Part shown: one piece after another, positions 8,679 to 20,192 of the stretch
How positions within the stretch are numbered: position 1 is the first letter of the stretch
Layout of the letters: the number at the start of each line of letters is the position of its first letter
From: Nitrospirota bacterium
Lineage (GTDB): Bacteria; Nitrospirota; Nitrospiria; Nitrospirales; Nitrospiraceae
Assembly (NCBI GenBank): GCA_963701855.1
Contig: CAVPBK010000006.1
Coordinates: 192,001 to 256,000 of the forward strand
DNA: 64,000 nt
Direction: 5' to 3'
Program-made: the position numbers and the translations under genes
The notes under the pieces: model-generated
What the model saw: only the letters and a program-made list of their open reading frames with translations
Databases searched by the model: none
Told to the model about the DNA's origin: nothing

Positions 8679-11030
8679 TTATCCTGCTTCGCGGTAGCCG
8701 CACTCTTCGCTACGGCATTGGACACTGCGGCCGACTTGCTTGCTGACTTTCTCGATAAGAAATGGGGCGCTGCAAGTTGGGCAGGTCTTGTTGATCGGGC
8801 GATCCCACAAGGCATATTCGCACGCTGGATACTTACTGCAGGCAAAGAACGAACGCCCTTTTCTTGTGCGCTTCTGGACGAGATCGCCACCACAGCCTGG
8901 CTGAGGACACTTCACACCCAACGAGAGCGGCTTGGTAGTCTTGCACTCCGGATAAGCAGAACATGCGATGAACTTTCCAAACCGCCCGGTCTTGACCACC
9001 ATCGGACTGTTGCACTTCTCGCACTTCTCATCCGTCGTCAACTCAATCTTCGGGACAATTTTAATCGTACCATCCTCGAGCTTCTCGAAGTTCTGCGTAT
9101 TCTTGCAGGGAGGCTTGTCCTTGTACGCAGGGCAGGCGAGAAACTTGCCGTTACGCCCCCATTTAATCTCCATCATTCGGCCGCATTTCTCGCAAGCAAT
9201 ATCCGTCGGCGGCTCCGGGGTGTCCTTGGGACCAGGAATCGTCTTCGCCTTCTCCAAATCCGTCGCGAAAGTCCCGTAAAACTCCCGCACCGCCGTCACC
9301 CACAGCTTGTTGCCTTCTTCGACTTCGTCCAGTTCCATTTCCATATGTGAGGTGAAATCGACGTTGATCAGGTCCGGAAATCCCTTCATCAGAAAATCGT
9401 TCACAGTCCGCCCCGTTTCGGTGGGCGCGAACCGTCCCTCCGTCTTTTCCGCATATTTGCGGTCCTGAATCGTCGAAATGATGCTCGCATAGGTGGATGG
9501 CCTGCCGATGCCTTTTTCTTCCAATTCCTTGATCAGCAAGGCTTCGTTATACCGAGGCGGAGGCTGCGTGAAGTGTTGTTTCGACAGCACGCCGTCGATC
9601 GTCTGTCCCTCCTGGGATACAAGCCGCAGCCGCTCTCCCTCGCTCAGCAGCGGAAGCTGACGCTCAGCCTCGTCCTCGACCTCCTGCTCTTTCTGTTGCT
9701 TCTGCGCAAAGAGTTCCTTGTCGATCCCTTCCATGTAGACAATCGTATGGCCGGGAAATTTCACCACGGTGCCGGTCGAGCGGAATAGAAACTTCTCTTT
9801 TGTCGCGACGGGGCTCGATTCCACTCGAGTCACATCGAGAATCGCAGGGACCATCTGTGACGCAATAAACCGATTCCAGATCAACTGGTACAGCTTATGG
9901 ACATCCGGTTCTAAATACTGCCTGATCGACTCAGGGTCGCGTGCCGCCGATGTGGGGCGAATTGCTTCGTGCGCTTCTTGAGCCGCTTTCTGCGTCTTGT
10001 ACACATTCGGCGTAACGGGCAAGTACTCTGCACCAAACCGCTCCTGAATCACCTGGCGTGCTTCTGTCATTGCCTCGTTTGAAATGCGCGGAGAGTCGGT
10101 CCTCATGTAGGTAATGAGTCCGGTCGGGCCTTCTGTCCCGATTTCGATCCCTTCGTACAGCTTTTGCGCCAGGGTCATCGTTTTCTTCGATGAGAAGTGC
10201 AGCTTGCGCGCGGCCTCCTGTTGGAGCCGGCTGGTGATGAAGGGCGCGACCGGATTTCGTTTCTTTTCTTTTCGTTCGATCGAGTCGACGGCAAACTCTT
10301 TCCCTTGAATACCCAAGACAATGCGCTGGGCATCGGCTTCGGTCGCAAGCGACGCGTCCTGCCCATTAATGCTATGCAGTTTGGCTTCGAATGGCGGGGG
10401 GTTGGCCCCAGCTAACATCACTGCAATCGACCAGTATTCCTCAGCGCGAAAGGCTTCTCGTTCCTGTTCACGTTCGCAAATTAGTCGCATCGCCACGGAC
10501 TGAACCCGACCCATGCTGAGCCCGCGACGCACCTTGGTCCATAGTAATTGACTACCTTGGTATCCGACAATCCGGTCAAGCACTCGGCGGGCCTGCTGCG
10601 CATTCACCAACTTCATATCGACTTGCCCAGGCGCCTGTAGCGCGCGCTTGATGGCCGATTCCGTGATTTCATTGAAGAGCACCCGGAACACCTTGCCCTC
10701 TGTCTTTTTCTTAGACTTTGACTTGGATTTACCGAGCAATTCCTGCTCAAGATGCCACGCGATAGCTTCACCTTCTCGGTCAGGGTCCGGCGCGAGAAAC
10801 ACCTTATCGACCTCTTCTGCCTTTTTCTTAATCTCCGCCAGAACCTTCGATTTACCCTTGATCGTCACATATTGCGGCTCGAAATCGTGCTCCAGATCAA
10901 CGCCAAGCTTACTGGTGGGAAGATCCTTAATATGCCCAACCGAGGCCATGACGGTATAGCCACGCCCCAGATACTTACTGATGGTGCGTGCTTTCGTCGG
11001 GGACTCGACAATAATAAGTGCCTTGGCCAT
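8679..11030 (-). CDS. topA: DNA topoisomerase I
   Basis: IVESPTKA, DPDREGE, GRVQS, ITYMRTDS, C-terminal zinc ribbons. Confidence 0.98.
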   Translation of the reverse strand: MAKALIIVESPTKARTISKYLGRGYTVMASVGHIKDLPTSKLGVDLEHDFEPQYVTIKGKSKVLAEIKKKAEEVDKVFLAPDPDREGEAIAWHLEQELLGKSKSKSKKKTEGKVFRVLFNEITESAIKRALQAPGQVDMKLVNAQQARRVLDRIVGYQGSQLLWTKVRRGLSMGRVQSVAMRLICEREQEREAFRAEEYWSIAVMLAGANPPPFEAKLHSINGQDASLATEADAQRIVLGIQGKEFAVDSIERKEKKRNPVAPFITSRLQQEAARKLHFSSKKTMTLAQKLYEGIEIGTEGPTGLITYMRTDSPRISNEAMTEARQVIQERFGAEYLPVTPNVYKTQKAAQEAHEAIRPTSAARDPESIRQYLEPDVHKLYQLIWNRFIASQMVPAILDVTRVESSPVATKEKFLFRSTGTVVKFPGHTIVYMEGIDKELFAQKQQKEQEVEDEAERQLPLLSEGERLRLVSQEGQTIDGVLSKQHFTQPPPRYNEALLIKELEEKGIGRPSTYASIISTIQDRKYAEKTEGRFAPTETGRTVNDFLMKGFPDLINVDFTSHMEMELDEVEEGNKLWVTAVREFYGTFATDLEKAKTIPGPKDTPEPPTDIACEKCGRMMEIKWGRNGKFLACPAYKDKPPCKNTQNFEKLEDGTIKIVPKIELTTDEKCEKCNSPMVVKTGRFGKFIACSAYPECKTTKPLSLGVKCPQPGCGGDLVQKRTRKGRSFFACSKYPACEYALWDRPINKTCPTCSAPFLIEKVSKQVGRSVQCRSEECGYREAG

Positions 11031-11105
11031 TAAGACTCCGGTTCGCTAGAATGATTGCCCACTCATCCGTATCAAAAAATACAAGTCTGTGCAACTCTTC
11101 GGCGA

Positions 11106-12224
11106 TTATGCCCGAAGGTAGCGTTGCCCCGGCAGCTGCCTGACTCGCTGTCGAAGCTCCAGGGACAAGAGCGACGCCATCACAATGGATACCGACAACC
11201 CTGTGGCAACGATCACGTCGTCCACTGTGAATGGATCATACGATAGAGCATCATACACTCGTTGTTCCTCTTTGCCTAAATGATCACCGGGCAGGTTCTT
11301 CTCCCGAGAAGGCTGCAAGCGCAGGCGCAACGCCGGTTCCAGCTGCGGCAGGACCGCGTCGATGACATCCTGCGCGCGTTCGATCAAGGCCGCACCCTCT
11401 TTGAGCAATGCATTCGTCCCGCGGCTAGTATCCTCTTTCACAAAACCAGGAACTGCAAACACCTCTCGGCCCTGCTCAGCGGCCAACTTCGCAGTAATCA
11501 GCGATCCGCTGTTGATGGCCGCCTCTGTCACAATCACGCCCAACGACAACCCACTGATAATGCGATTTCGTCGAGGAAAGTGATGGCTGTGGGGTGGCGC
11601 ACCCATCGGCACCTCGGATACAATCGCCCCCCGCTCCTCAATCTGCCGGCGTAACCGCTCATGTTCCGGCGGATAGGTCCGATCGATCCCGCAGCCCAGC
11701 ACCGCAATGGTGCGCCCCTGCGCGGCGAGCGCGCCTCGATGGGCCGCCGCATCGACCCCGCGCGCCAGCCCACTCACCACCGTCATGCCTGCTCCAGCTA
11801 AATCGTGGCTCAACTCTTCAGTCATGGCACGTCCGGCTGGCGTCGCACGCCTCGCGCCCACGATGGCCACCGCCAGTTCATCCTGCTCAGTCAATGTGCC
11901 TGTGATGTACAGGAGTGGCGGAGGGTCTGCAATCATCTTCAGCCGCGCGGGATACGCAGGATCCAAGAGACTACGGACTTCAACGCGCTCACGCTCGATG
12001 GCTTTCAGTTCCCGTTCAATACTTCGGCAAGCGGAACGATCAGGTCCTCGTCGGATCGCATCCGCCAGCTGAGAACTGCATCCCTTTTGAATCAACTCAT
12101 CACGGGAAGCTTGCAGAACAGCATCGGGAGAATGCCAGGCGCGCACTAACCGAAGCACCGTCAGGTCTCCCACTCCATCGATCGCCCGCAGGCGGAGCCA
12201 TGACTCTAATACCTGGCTTATCAT
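11106..12224 (-). CDS. dprA: DNA-processing protein DprA
   Basis: AIVGAR, VVSGLARGVD, FPRRNRIISG, GSLITA; start trimmed to avoid overlap with rng. Confidence 0.95.
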   Translation of the reverse strand: MISQVLESWLRLRAIDGVGDLTVLRLVRAWHSPDAVLQASRDELIQKGCSSQLADAIRRGPDRSACRSIERELKAIERERVEVRSLLDPAYPARLKMIADPPPLLYITGTLTEQDELAVAIVGARRATPAGRAMTEELSHDLAGAGMTVVSGLARGVDAAAHRGALAAQGRTIAVLGCGIDRTYPPEHERLRRQIEERGAIVSEVPMGAPPHSHHFPRRNRIISGLSLGVIVTEAAINSGSLITAKLAAEQGREVFAVPGFVKEDTSRGTNALLKEGAALIERAQDVIDAVLPQLEPALRLRLQPSREKNLPGDHLGKEEQRVYDALSYDPFTVDDVIVATGLSVSIVMASLLSLELRQRVRQLPGQRYLRA

Positions 12225-12324
12225 GGACTGAACGGAGGGAAGGCCCGCGGCCTCAGCAGAGGAATCCACACCTACAGACTCGCTGAACGATTGCATACGC
12301 CTTGTCGCACAAGAACCACAATCT

Positions 12325-13845
12325 TTAGAGGACCGCGAGGTCGTACTGTTCCAAATGCAACTGCTCATCCGGCATAACAATGATTTTCGCGGCGCACTCT
12401 CGCTCCACGGCCTCCAGACCTTGGCGCTCTTCATCTTGCAGGAGCCCGACGACCGAGGGGTGGGCGCCGATGACGATTCGCTGCATCTCAGGACTACTGC
12501 CGATCCGGCGGACATCGCGGAATATCTCATAGGCCACTGTGGTCGGAGATTTTGTATAGCCCCGCCCTTCGCAATAGTGACAGGGCTCGGAGAGAGAACG
12601 CAGGAGGTCTTCTCTCACCCGTTCGCGAGAGATCTCGATCAGCCCCAGGTCAGAGATTCTTGACACTCTGGTACGGGCCTTGTCGGTCGACATCGCATCA
12701 AGCAACGCGTGATACACCTTGTCACGATTCTTCTCTCTCTCCATGTCGATGAAATCGACGATGATGATTCCGCCGATTCCACGCAGCTTCATCTGATAAG
12801 CTACTTCTTTTGCCGCCTCCAGATTGTTACGGAGAATGGTCTCCTCCTGATCGCGCTTCCCCACAAACCGTCCAGTGTTGACATCGATGACGGTCATCGC
12901 TTCCGTATGATCGATTACGAGATGTCCACCGGACTTGAGCCAGACTTTGCGGCTGAGAGCCCGTGCCATCTCCTGCTCCACCCCCAGATGATCGAAGAGA
13001 CTTTCATCTTTATCGTACAAATGAATGCGTGACGTTTGCTCCGGCGAGAATCGCTGCACAAAATCCCGAACCGCCTGGTACTCCTCTCGCGAATCGATCC
13101 ATAGCCGATCGACTTTCTTTCCGAAGAGATCACGCACAACCCGAAAGCTCAGGCTCAGATCGGCGTGGAGCAATGCCGGCGCCCCCTTCTGTTCGCGCTT
13201 CGCCAAAATGTCCTGCCAGAGCACGTGCAAAAAATCAACGTCGGATCGCAGCTCGTCTTCTTTGACCCCTTCACTCACTGTGCGGACAATGTACCCGCAG
13301 CCCGGCTGCCGCACCCGCTTCATAATGTCCTTGAGTCGAGCCCGTTCCTCGTCTCGGGCAATGCGGCGGGACACACCGATATGTTCCACATTGGGCATGA
13401 ACACGAGATACCTGCCAGGAAGCGACACATAGGTCGTGACCCGCGAGCCTTTCGTACCGATAGGCCCTTTGGAAATCTGCACCATCAGCTCCTGCCCCTC
13501 ACTCAGCAACTGTTCGATCGGTTTGGAGCTTTGGCGCCGAGGGCCCAGCATATCCCCATCCTTATCAGCATCCTTGTCGTCCTCATCCGCATCCACGAGC
13601 GTGTCTCCTGGCTCGGAATCCAACGACAAATCAGACACGTGCATGAAAGCCGCCTTCGCGAGGCCGATATCCACAAATGCCGCCTGCATGCCAGGCAACA
13701 CTTTCGCCACTTTTCCTTTATAAATGTTCCCGACAAAGTCCTTGTGCTTCGCACGATCCCCGAAGAGATCAGTGACGACTCCGCCGTCCAATACCGCGAC
13801 ACGAGTTTCCTCGCGTGCGACTGTAATCGCAATTTCTACTCCCAT
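12325..13845 (-). CDS. rng: Ribonuclease G (Rne/Rng family)
   Basis: GNIYKG..VLPGMQAAFVDIG, IDVNTG, DFIDM, CxxC; AGGAG SD. Confidence 0.93.
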   Translation of the reverse strand: MGVEIAITVAREETRVAVLDGGVVTDLFGDRAKHKDFVGNIYKGKVAKVLPGMQAAFVDIGLAKAAFMHVSDLSLDSEPGDTLVDADEDDKDADKDGDMLGPRRQSSKPIEQLLSEGQELMVQISKGPIGTKGSRVTTYVSLPGRYLVFMPNVEHIGVSRRIARDEERARLKDIMKRVRQPGCGYIVRTVSEGVKEDELRSDVDFLHVLWQDILAKREQKGAPALLHADLSLSFRVVRDLFGKKVDRLWIDSREEYQAVRDFVQRFSPEQTSRIHLYDKDESLFDHLGVEQEMARALSRKVWLKSGGHLVIDHTEAMTVIDVNTGRFVGKRDQEETILRNNLEAAKEVAYQMKLRGIGGIIIVDFIDMEREKNRDKVYHALLDAMSTDKARTRVSRISDLGLIEISRERVREDLLRSLSEPCHYCEGRGYTKSPTTVAYEIFRDVRRIGSSPEMQRIVIGAHPSVVGLLQDEERQGLEAVERECAAKIIVMPDEQLHLEQYDLAVL

Positions 13846-13862
13846 ACCCACTCCTTCCATTC

Positions 13863-14013
13863 AGTAGAACCATCACATCGACGTGCAGGATGAACGCGGG
13901 AAATCCCCAGGTTTCGGCCTCCACTCGACAACTCGTCGATCTGACGGTTCGTACCCTAGTTTTAATCTCTTGCCTCGATCCCGACTCATTCGAGACCGTG
14001 CGATGGCCCTACT
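13863..14013 (-). ncRNA. Candidate rod-shaped structured RNA (6S-like, or rng leader)
   Basis: 15-bp terminal helix AGUAGGGCCAUCGCA/UGUGAUGGUUCUACU, inner helices, purine-rich bubble, apical UCGAC/GUCGA hairpin; manual fold. Confidence 0.5.
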
Positions 14014-14015
14014 CG

Positions 14016-15131
14016 CTAAAAGAAACTTAATCGACGGCGTTTGACGTTCAAAAGCAGACCCAGAGACGCCATTGTCATAATCGTTGCACTTCCGCCGTAA
14101 CTCATGAGCGGGAGGGGAATTCCCACGATGGGGAACATACCAGCCGTCATACCTATATTAATCACGACGCAAAAAGACAACATGCAGAGGATGCCGACCG
14201 CCAGCAGCGCTCCGAGCTGATCCTTCGCGCGCGCCACAATTTCTAACGACAGCCAGATCAACCCGACAAACAACAGCAAGAGAACCAGCACCCCGAGAAA
14301 TCCCCATTCCTCCGCAAATACCGAAAAGACAAAGTCGGTATGTCCCTCAGGCAAAAACTTCAATTGACTTTGCGTCCCTCCATAGAGCCCTTTCCCTGTC
14401 AACTCTCCCGCTCCAATGGCAATCCGTGACTGGAGAGCATGATATCCCTTGCCTCCAGGATCGTAAACTGGGTCGACAAACGTCATAATGCGCTGCCGCT
14501 GATAATCATGCAATGACCCCCACATCATCTCCCAGGCGAAGGGAAACAACATCAGCGAAAACAGGAGGATGACACCTATCGCCTTCGACCGCATGCCCAC
14601 CATCAGCAACATCGCCGCATAGACTGCCAAGAAGCTCAACCCGCTCCCGAGATCAGGCTGTTTCAAGATCAGGAGCAGCCCCGGCAGCACCAACAGCCCC
14701 GGGAGCACCACTCGTTGGAGCCAACCCACCCGCGGCGCCTGCGAATAGTAGTGCGCCAAAGTCAAAATGAGGATCAGCTTTGCAAACTCCGACGGCTGGA
14801 ACGCAAATGGCCCCATCGGAATCCATCGTTGTGCCCCTCGGCTGCTCTTGCCCTCAAACAGCACGACGGCCAGTAAGATTAAGATAATTACATAGGCAGG
14901 ATACGCTAACCGCGCGATACGATGATAGTCCGAGAGCCACATAACGAGAAACGCTACCGTGCCAAGTAGAATCCACACGATCTGTTTGGCGTAAAACGGG
15001 TAGACAACCCCTTGGTCATGCGTCACGCTATAAATCGACAGTACGCCGATCCCCAGGATGGCAAAGATCAGTCCGATAAAACGGAAATCGAAATTGTCGA
15101 AGCCTCGGCTCATGAACACCCGATCGATCAT
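14016..15131 (-). CDS. rodA: Rod shape-determining protein RodA
   Basis: GAQRW, QPSEFAK, QPDLG, LPEGHTDF, PLMSYGGS. Confidence 0.97.
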   Translation of the reverse strand: MIDRVFMSRGFDNFDFRFIGLIFAILGIGVLSIYSVTHDQGVVYPFYAKQIVWILLGTVAFLVMWLSDYHRIARLAYPAYVIILILLAVVLFEGKSSRGAQRWIPMGPFAFQPSEFAKLILILTLAHYYSQAPRVGWLQRVVLPGLLVLPGLLLILKQPDLGSGLSFLAVYAAMLLMVGMRSKAIGVILLFSLMLFPFAWEMMWGSLHDYQRQRIMTFVDPVYDPGGKGYHALQSRIAIGAGELTGKGLYGGTQSQLKFLPEGHTDFVFSVFAEEWGFLGVLVLLLLFVGLIWLSLEIVARAKDQLGALLAVGILCMLSFCVVINIGMTAGMFPIVGIPLPLMSYGGSATIMTMASLGLLLNVKRRRLSFF

Positions 15132-17002
15132 CTCGTTCCCTGTCCTCCGGCATCCCCTGCCTTCGCAACAGCACCATCCTTCACGCCTGAAAGAGTGGGA
15201 AGATTCAATTTTACATAGGTCTCGATCAGCTCTTTGGCGAGAGGCGCCGAGGCAGAACCCCCGTGGCCCATATGCTCTCCCAATACTGCAACGGCGATGG
15301 TGGGCGCATCAACTGGAGCAAATGCGACAAACCAGGCATGATCGCGAAACTTTTTTGGAATATCTTTTTCCGGACCGGTGCGCAATGCCGTCATCTGAGC
15401 TGTACCTGTTTTTCCGGCGATCGTCACCAGCGCCGACTGCGCCCGCGTGCCTGTCCCCTCTTTGACCACCCCCGCCAAGGCCTCTTTAATCACCGGTAAG
15501 ATTCCAGGCCTCAGATTCAACGTGCGCTTGGGAACCGCAGACCGTTGTTGCAGTTCTCCGGTTGCTCGATCCATCACAGCCTGGACCAATCGAGGACGAA
15601 ACATGACGCCGTCGTTTGCAACGGTGCCAATCAAGCTCGCCATTTGCAGCGGGGTCACATTCACGTAGCCTTGTCCGATCGATGCCGAAATCGTTTCGCC
15701 CGGCAGCCAGGCCTCATTCTTGGCCTTCTTTTTCCAAGCCTCGGAAGGTACGATCCCAACCCTTTCAGACGGCAGCTCAATCCCTGTCTCCTCTCCCAAC
15801 CCAAACTGATGGGCAAAGGAGGCCATCGTCTCGATCCCCATCCGCTGCCCAACGGTATAGAAATAGACGTCGCACGAGTGTACGAGCGCATGCCGGAGAT
15901 CCACCGAGCCATGCCCACCAGCTTTCCAATCATGATACACGCGGCGACCGAACTGATACCCTCCATTGCAGTAGATAGATGTCGACGGCGTCACGGTCTT
16001 GGTTTCCAACGCTGCGGCAGCCATCATCACTTTGAAGACCGACCCAGGCGGGTATTGCCCTTGCGAGGCTCGATTGTTCAAGGGGCGCCCCTCGTCTTGC
16101 ACGATCTCGGCCCATTGTTTCGGCGTGAGTTCCCGCGAGAGGATGTTCGGATCGAAACCCGGACGGCTGGCCATGGCCAGCACGTCGCCTGTCCTCGGAT
16201 CAAGTGCGACGATCGCGCCAGATTCCTCCCCCAATAGGTTTTCAGCCACTTTTTGCAGCCGCGCATCAATCGTGAGGTATAAGTTGTCCCCTGCATGGGG
16301 CTGCTCCACAACTACGGTTCGTTTCTCATGACCTACCGCATCGACTTCGATGCTTTTCTGCCCGGCCTGACCGCGCACGAGCCGGTCAAAAAATTTCTCC
16401 ACGCCATATTGCCCGACAATGCTGCCCTGGTGCAGGTCGGCAAATTCAGGTTTCTCTAACTGCTCGGGCGACACTTCGCCGACATAACCCAACAGATGCG
16501 ACGCCGTTATTCCGCCAGGATAGTTCCGCTGCGATTCGACTTGCACCATCACCCCGGGCAAGTCCAGCCGGTGAGACTCGATCAACGTCGCTTCTCGAAG
16601 GGTTAAGCGATCCTTCACCTTACGCGGCAATTGTTTACTGCCGCGAGCCGTGAGCTTCTTCCTCACGAGCACCGCGTCTAGCCCCAGGAGATTACTGAGT
16701 TGATCGATGAGCAGGTCGCGATCTTTGACGTCTTCGAGCGAAACATAGAGCGTAAAGCTGGGAACATTATTCGCCAACAACACCCCATTGCGATCGTAAA
16801 TGAGCCCCCGAGCCGGCTCCATGATGACAGAACGTGTCCGATTGTTCTCCGAGAGATCGCGGTAGTAGGGGCCCTCACGAATCTGCAAGTTCCAGAGCTG
16901 CAGCCCCAGTAACGCCACGACGAGCAACAAGCCGACGCGGAGGATGATCAGTCGGCGTTGGAGTTCCCCAAGTTCAGAATCGTGCAAACCAGCTGTTGCC
17001 AT
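15128..17002 (-). CDS. mrdA: Penicillin-binding protein 2
   Basis: PGSVFK (SxxK), SCD, KTGTAQ; in the mre operon. Confidence 0.96.
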   Translation of the reverse strand: MATAGLHDSELGELQRRLIILRVGLLLVVALLGLQLWNLQIREGPYYRDLSENNRTRSVIMEPARGLIYDRNGVLLANNVPSFTLYVSLEDVKDRDLLIDQLSNLLGLDAVLVRKKLTARGSKQLPRKVKDRLTLREATLIESHRLDLPGVMVQVESQRNYPGGITASHLLGYVGEVSPEQLEKPEFADLHQGSIVGQYGVEKFFDRLVRGQAGQKSIEVDAVGHEKRTVVVEQPHAGDNLYLTIDARLQKVAENLLGEESGAIVALDPRTGDVLAMASRPGFDPNILSRELTPKQWAEIVQDEGRPLNNRASQGQYPPGSVFKVMMAAAALETKTVTPSTSIYCNGGYQFGRRVYHDWKAGGHGSVDLRHALVHSCDVYFYTVGQRMGIETMASFAHQFGLGEETGIELPSERVGIVPSEAWKKKAKNEAWLPGETISASIGQGYVNVTPLQMASLIGTVANDGVMFRPRLVQAVMDRATGELQQRSAVPKRTLNLRPGILPVIKEALAGVVKEGTGTRAQSALVTIAGKTGTAQMTALRTGPEKDIPKKFRDHAWFVAFAPVDAPTIAVAVLGEHMGHGGSASAPLAKELIETYVKLNLPTLSGVKDGAVAKAGDAGGQGTR

Positions 17003-17042
17003 GCGTCACAATCAACATTCCACAACGCCCATTACAGACCTG

Positions 17043-17534
17043 CTATTCGGTCCTCAGGCGGTTAAGATCAAATCGTCGGGAGAGGAGCCAATAGAACCCC
17101 GCCCCCATCACCCCGTCAAAACATGCCTGCGGAAACACAATGGACTGGACCATCCACCACACCTGAGACACATCGAAACCCTTGAAACTCATCGCGGCAA
17201 GCAGCCCGCTCGCCAACGATACCAGCAGCAACCCTGCACCCAGTGAAATCGCGGTCACCTGCGACACTTGCCGCCCCAGGAATCCTGCCAAGAGGCCAAC
17301 GCCCCCGTTCGTGAGAAGACTCAGCCAAAGCTCGCCGGCTGAGAACAGACTCAAGACCCATCCAATTGCGAGCCCCACGAGAAGGCCTTCCAGTTCAGCG
17401 GCAAAAAGCCCGACGAGTGCAGCGGCCACAAGCCCCAAATCAGGTTTGATATTCCATACGCTCAGATGTGGCAGCAGCGTCGTCTGCAAGGGGACAAGCA
17501 GCAACACGAGTATGAGATAGAAGAGGAGTTTCAT
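17043..17534 (-). CDS. mreD: Rod shape-determining protein MreD
   Basis: Hydrophobic 163 aa with a KPDL motif, between mreC and mrdA. Confidence 0.8.
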   Translation of the reverse strand: MKLLFYLILVLLLVPLQTTLLPHLSVWNIKPDLGLVAAALVGLFAAELEGLLVGLAIGWVLSLFSAGELWLSLLTNGGVGLLAGFLGRQVSQVTAISLGAGLLLVSLASGLLAAMSFKGFDVSQVWWMVQSIVFPQACFDGVMGAGFYWLLSRRFDLNRLRTE

Positions 17535-18412
17535 GGCGCTGACTTCTCGATCAGATCCGCTCCCGCCCCAGCCTTCGTGGCCTGTCCATACGACGTCTGA
17601 ATTACCAACACTTCCTCCACACGACCGACATCGACTTCCGGCATGAGTTCGGCGGACTGGAAAAGGGCGCCTTCCTGTTTATCGATGCTCGTGATCGTGC
17701 CGATCACGAGCCCGCGGGGGAAGTCTCCGATAAGGCCAGAGGTCACGATTCGATCACCGTCTCGGAGCGTCGACAACAACGGAATGTACTTCATCTGGGC
17801 CAGCCCTTGTTGAGTCCCTTCCACAATGCCTTCATCTCTCGTCCTCTGGATGAGACCAGCGATGGCGTTGTTCGGATCAGTCACCAAGAGCACCACCGAA
17901 GACGCCCCTGTCGTTTTCACAACGCGCCCGACAACACCGGCTGGTGTGACCACTCCCATATCCGGCTTAATCCCATCGCTCTCGCCCTTATTGAGAATAA
18001 GGGCACGATACCGATTCGTGGCATCACGCCCGACGACTTGAGCGGCTATCATTGTAGGGAGCGCCTGCTCCTTAAAATGCAGCAAGGCCGTCAATCGTTC
18101 TGTCGCGGCGGCTGATTCGCGCAACTGGCTATGTTGGCCGCGCAGCCATTCGATTTCTTTCCGTAGTTGCTGGTTCTCTTCCTGCACCCCTTGCAACGCC
18201 ACGTACCGCTCCCAACGATCGGCAATGCCGGCATCGATGGACGCAATGGTTTCAAGTGGAATACGTACCACGTATCCGACCGGCCCACCTAGATACTGCA
18301 AGAGTCCTTGGATTTGACTGGGAAACAGAAAAAGAGCCACCAGCAGGAGGGCAAAGCAGGCAAGCGCAATACGTCTGGCACCGTAGGGAGAACTAGAATG
18401 AGCCATCCACAT
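17531..18412 (-). CDS. mreC: Rod shape-determining protein MreC
   Basis: TM plus coiled coil, LNKG..DG, GVVGRV, VTSG...FP.GL.IG. Confidence 0.95.
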   Translation of the reverse strand: MWMAHSSSPYGARRIALACFALLLVALFLFPSQIQGLLQYLGGPVGYVVRIPLETIASIDAGIADRWERYVALQGVQEENQQLRKEIEWLRGQHSQLRESAAATERLTALLHFKEQALPTMIAAQVVGRDATNRYRALILNKGESDGIKPDMGVVTPAGVVGRVVKTTGASSVVLLVTDPNNAIAGLIQRTRDEGIVEGTQQGLAQMKYIPLLSTLRDGDRIVTSGLIGDFPRGLVIGTITSIDKQEGALFQSAELMPEVDVGRVEEVLVIQTSYGQATKAGAGADLIEKSAP

Positions 18413-18433
18413 AAGGAAATTCGGGATGGAACC

Positions 18434-19501
<1,068 letters not shown>

Positions 19502-19520
19502 TCAAACTCCGACAGCGCAC

Positions 19521-19979
19521 TCAGTCAGGCGACGCCAGACGACCAATATCCAACACCTGGGTACCAGCCACTTCGTCACCAAGACGCCGCCCCTGTTCGT
19601 TCCCGATAATCAATACCGCTTCGAACACAATGATTGCTGCCGACACAATCCATCCCACATACGGAACGACGAAGGCTGCCTGAGCCACTGCAAATGGCAG
19701 ATTACGGATAATGGATTCACGAAATCCTGCTGCCTCGCCCAGATTTGGAAGCACCGTCTGGAGGCCAATCAACCGCTTACCGATACTGCGCCCACCCCCA
19801 AATCCATCAGCGATCAGTATATACGCCAATCCGCCAAGAAAACCTACCGGCATGAACATTTGACCAGCTGCTGCGACGATAAGCAAATCGATCAGCTTGG
19901 CGATACCACGGTTCAGCACCTGCGCCTTGGGATAAATCCCGGCTCCGATTGAATGAACCCCTCTGACCTCCTCCGCCAA
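19521..19979 (-). CDS. RDD family membrane protein
   Basis: R..A.LID, SIGK.L.GL, GRRLGD.VAGT.V. Confidence 0.85.
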   Translation of the reverse strand: MAEEVRGVHSIGAGIYPKAQVLNRGIAKLIDLLIVAAAGQMFMPVGFLGGLAYILIADGFGGGRSIGKRLIGLQTVLPNLGEAAGFRESIIRNLPFAVAQAAFVVPYVGWIVSAAIIVFEAVLIIGNEQGRRLGDEVAGTQVLDIGRLASPD

Positions 19980-20192
19980 GGGATCTCCTTACAATTAGTG
20001 GCAAAGTATAACAAATCGGACTACCTAGCACAAACAAAGACCATTCTTCGACAGATCAGGCCTTGTGAGTGATATTTCTCGTCTTCACGAACTGCCAGCT
20101 CTACTCGATGTAGTTTTGGGGAAAGGTCGTCTCTTGCCTTTGGACAGATCCCTGAGTAGAATTCGTCCCTACAAATTTTCCGAAAGGTTGTC

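Noticed and set aside
12225..12530. Long N-terminal extension of DprA; similar over-long starts for hisF, hinT, hisG and leuB
   Set aside because: They overlap upstream genes and family motifs begin later.
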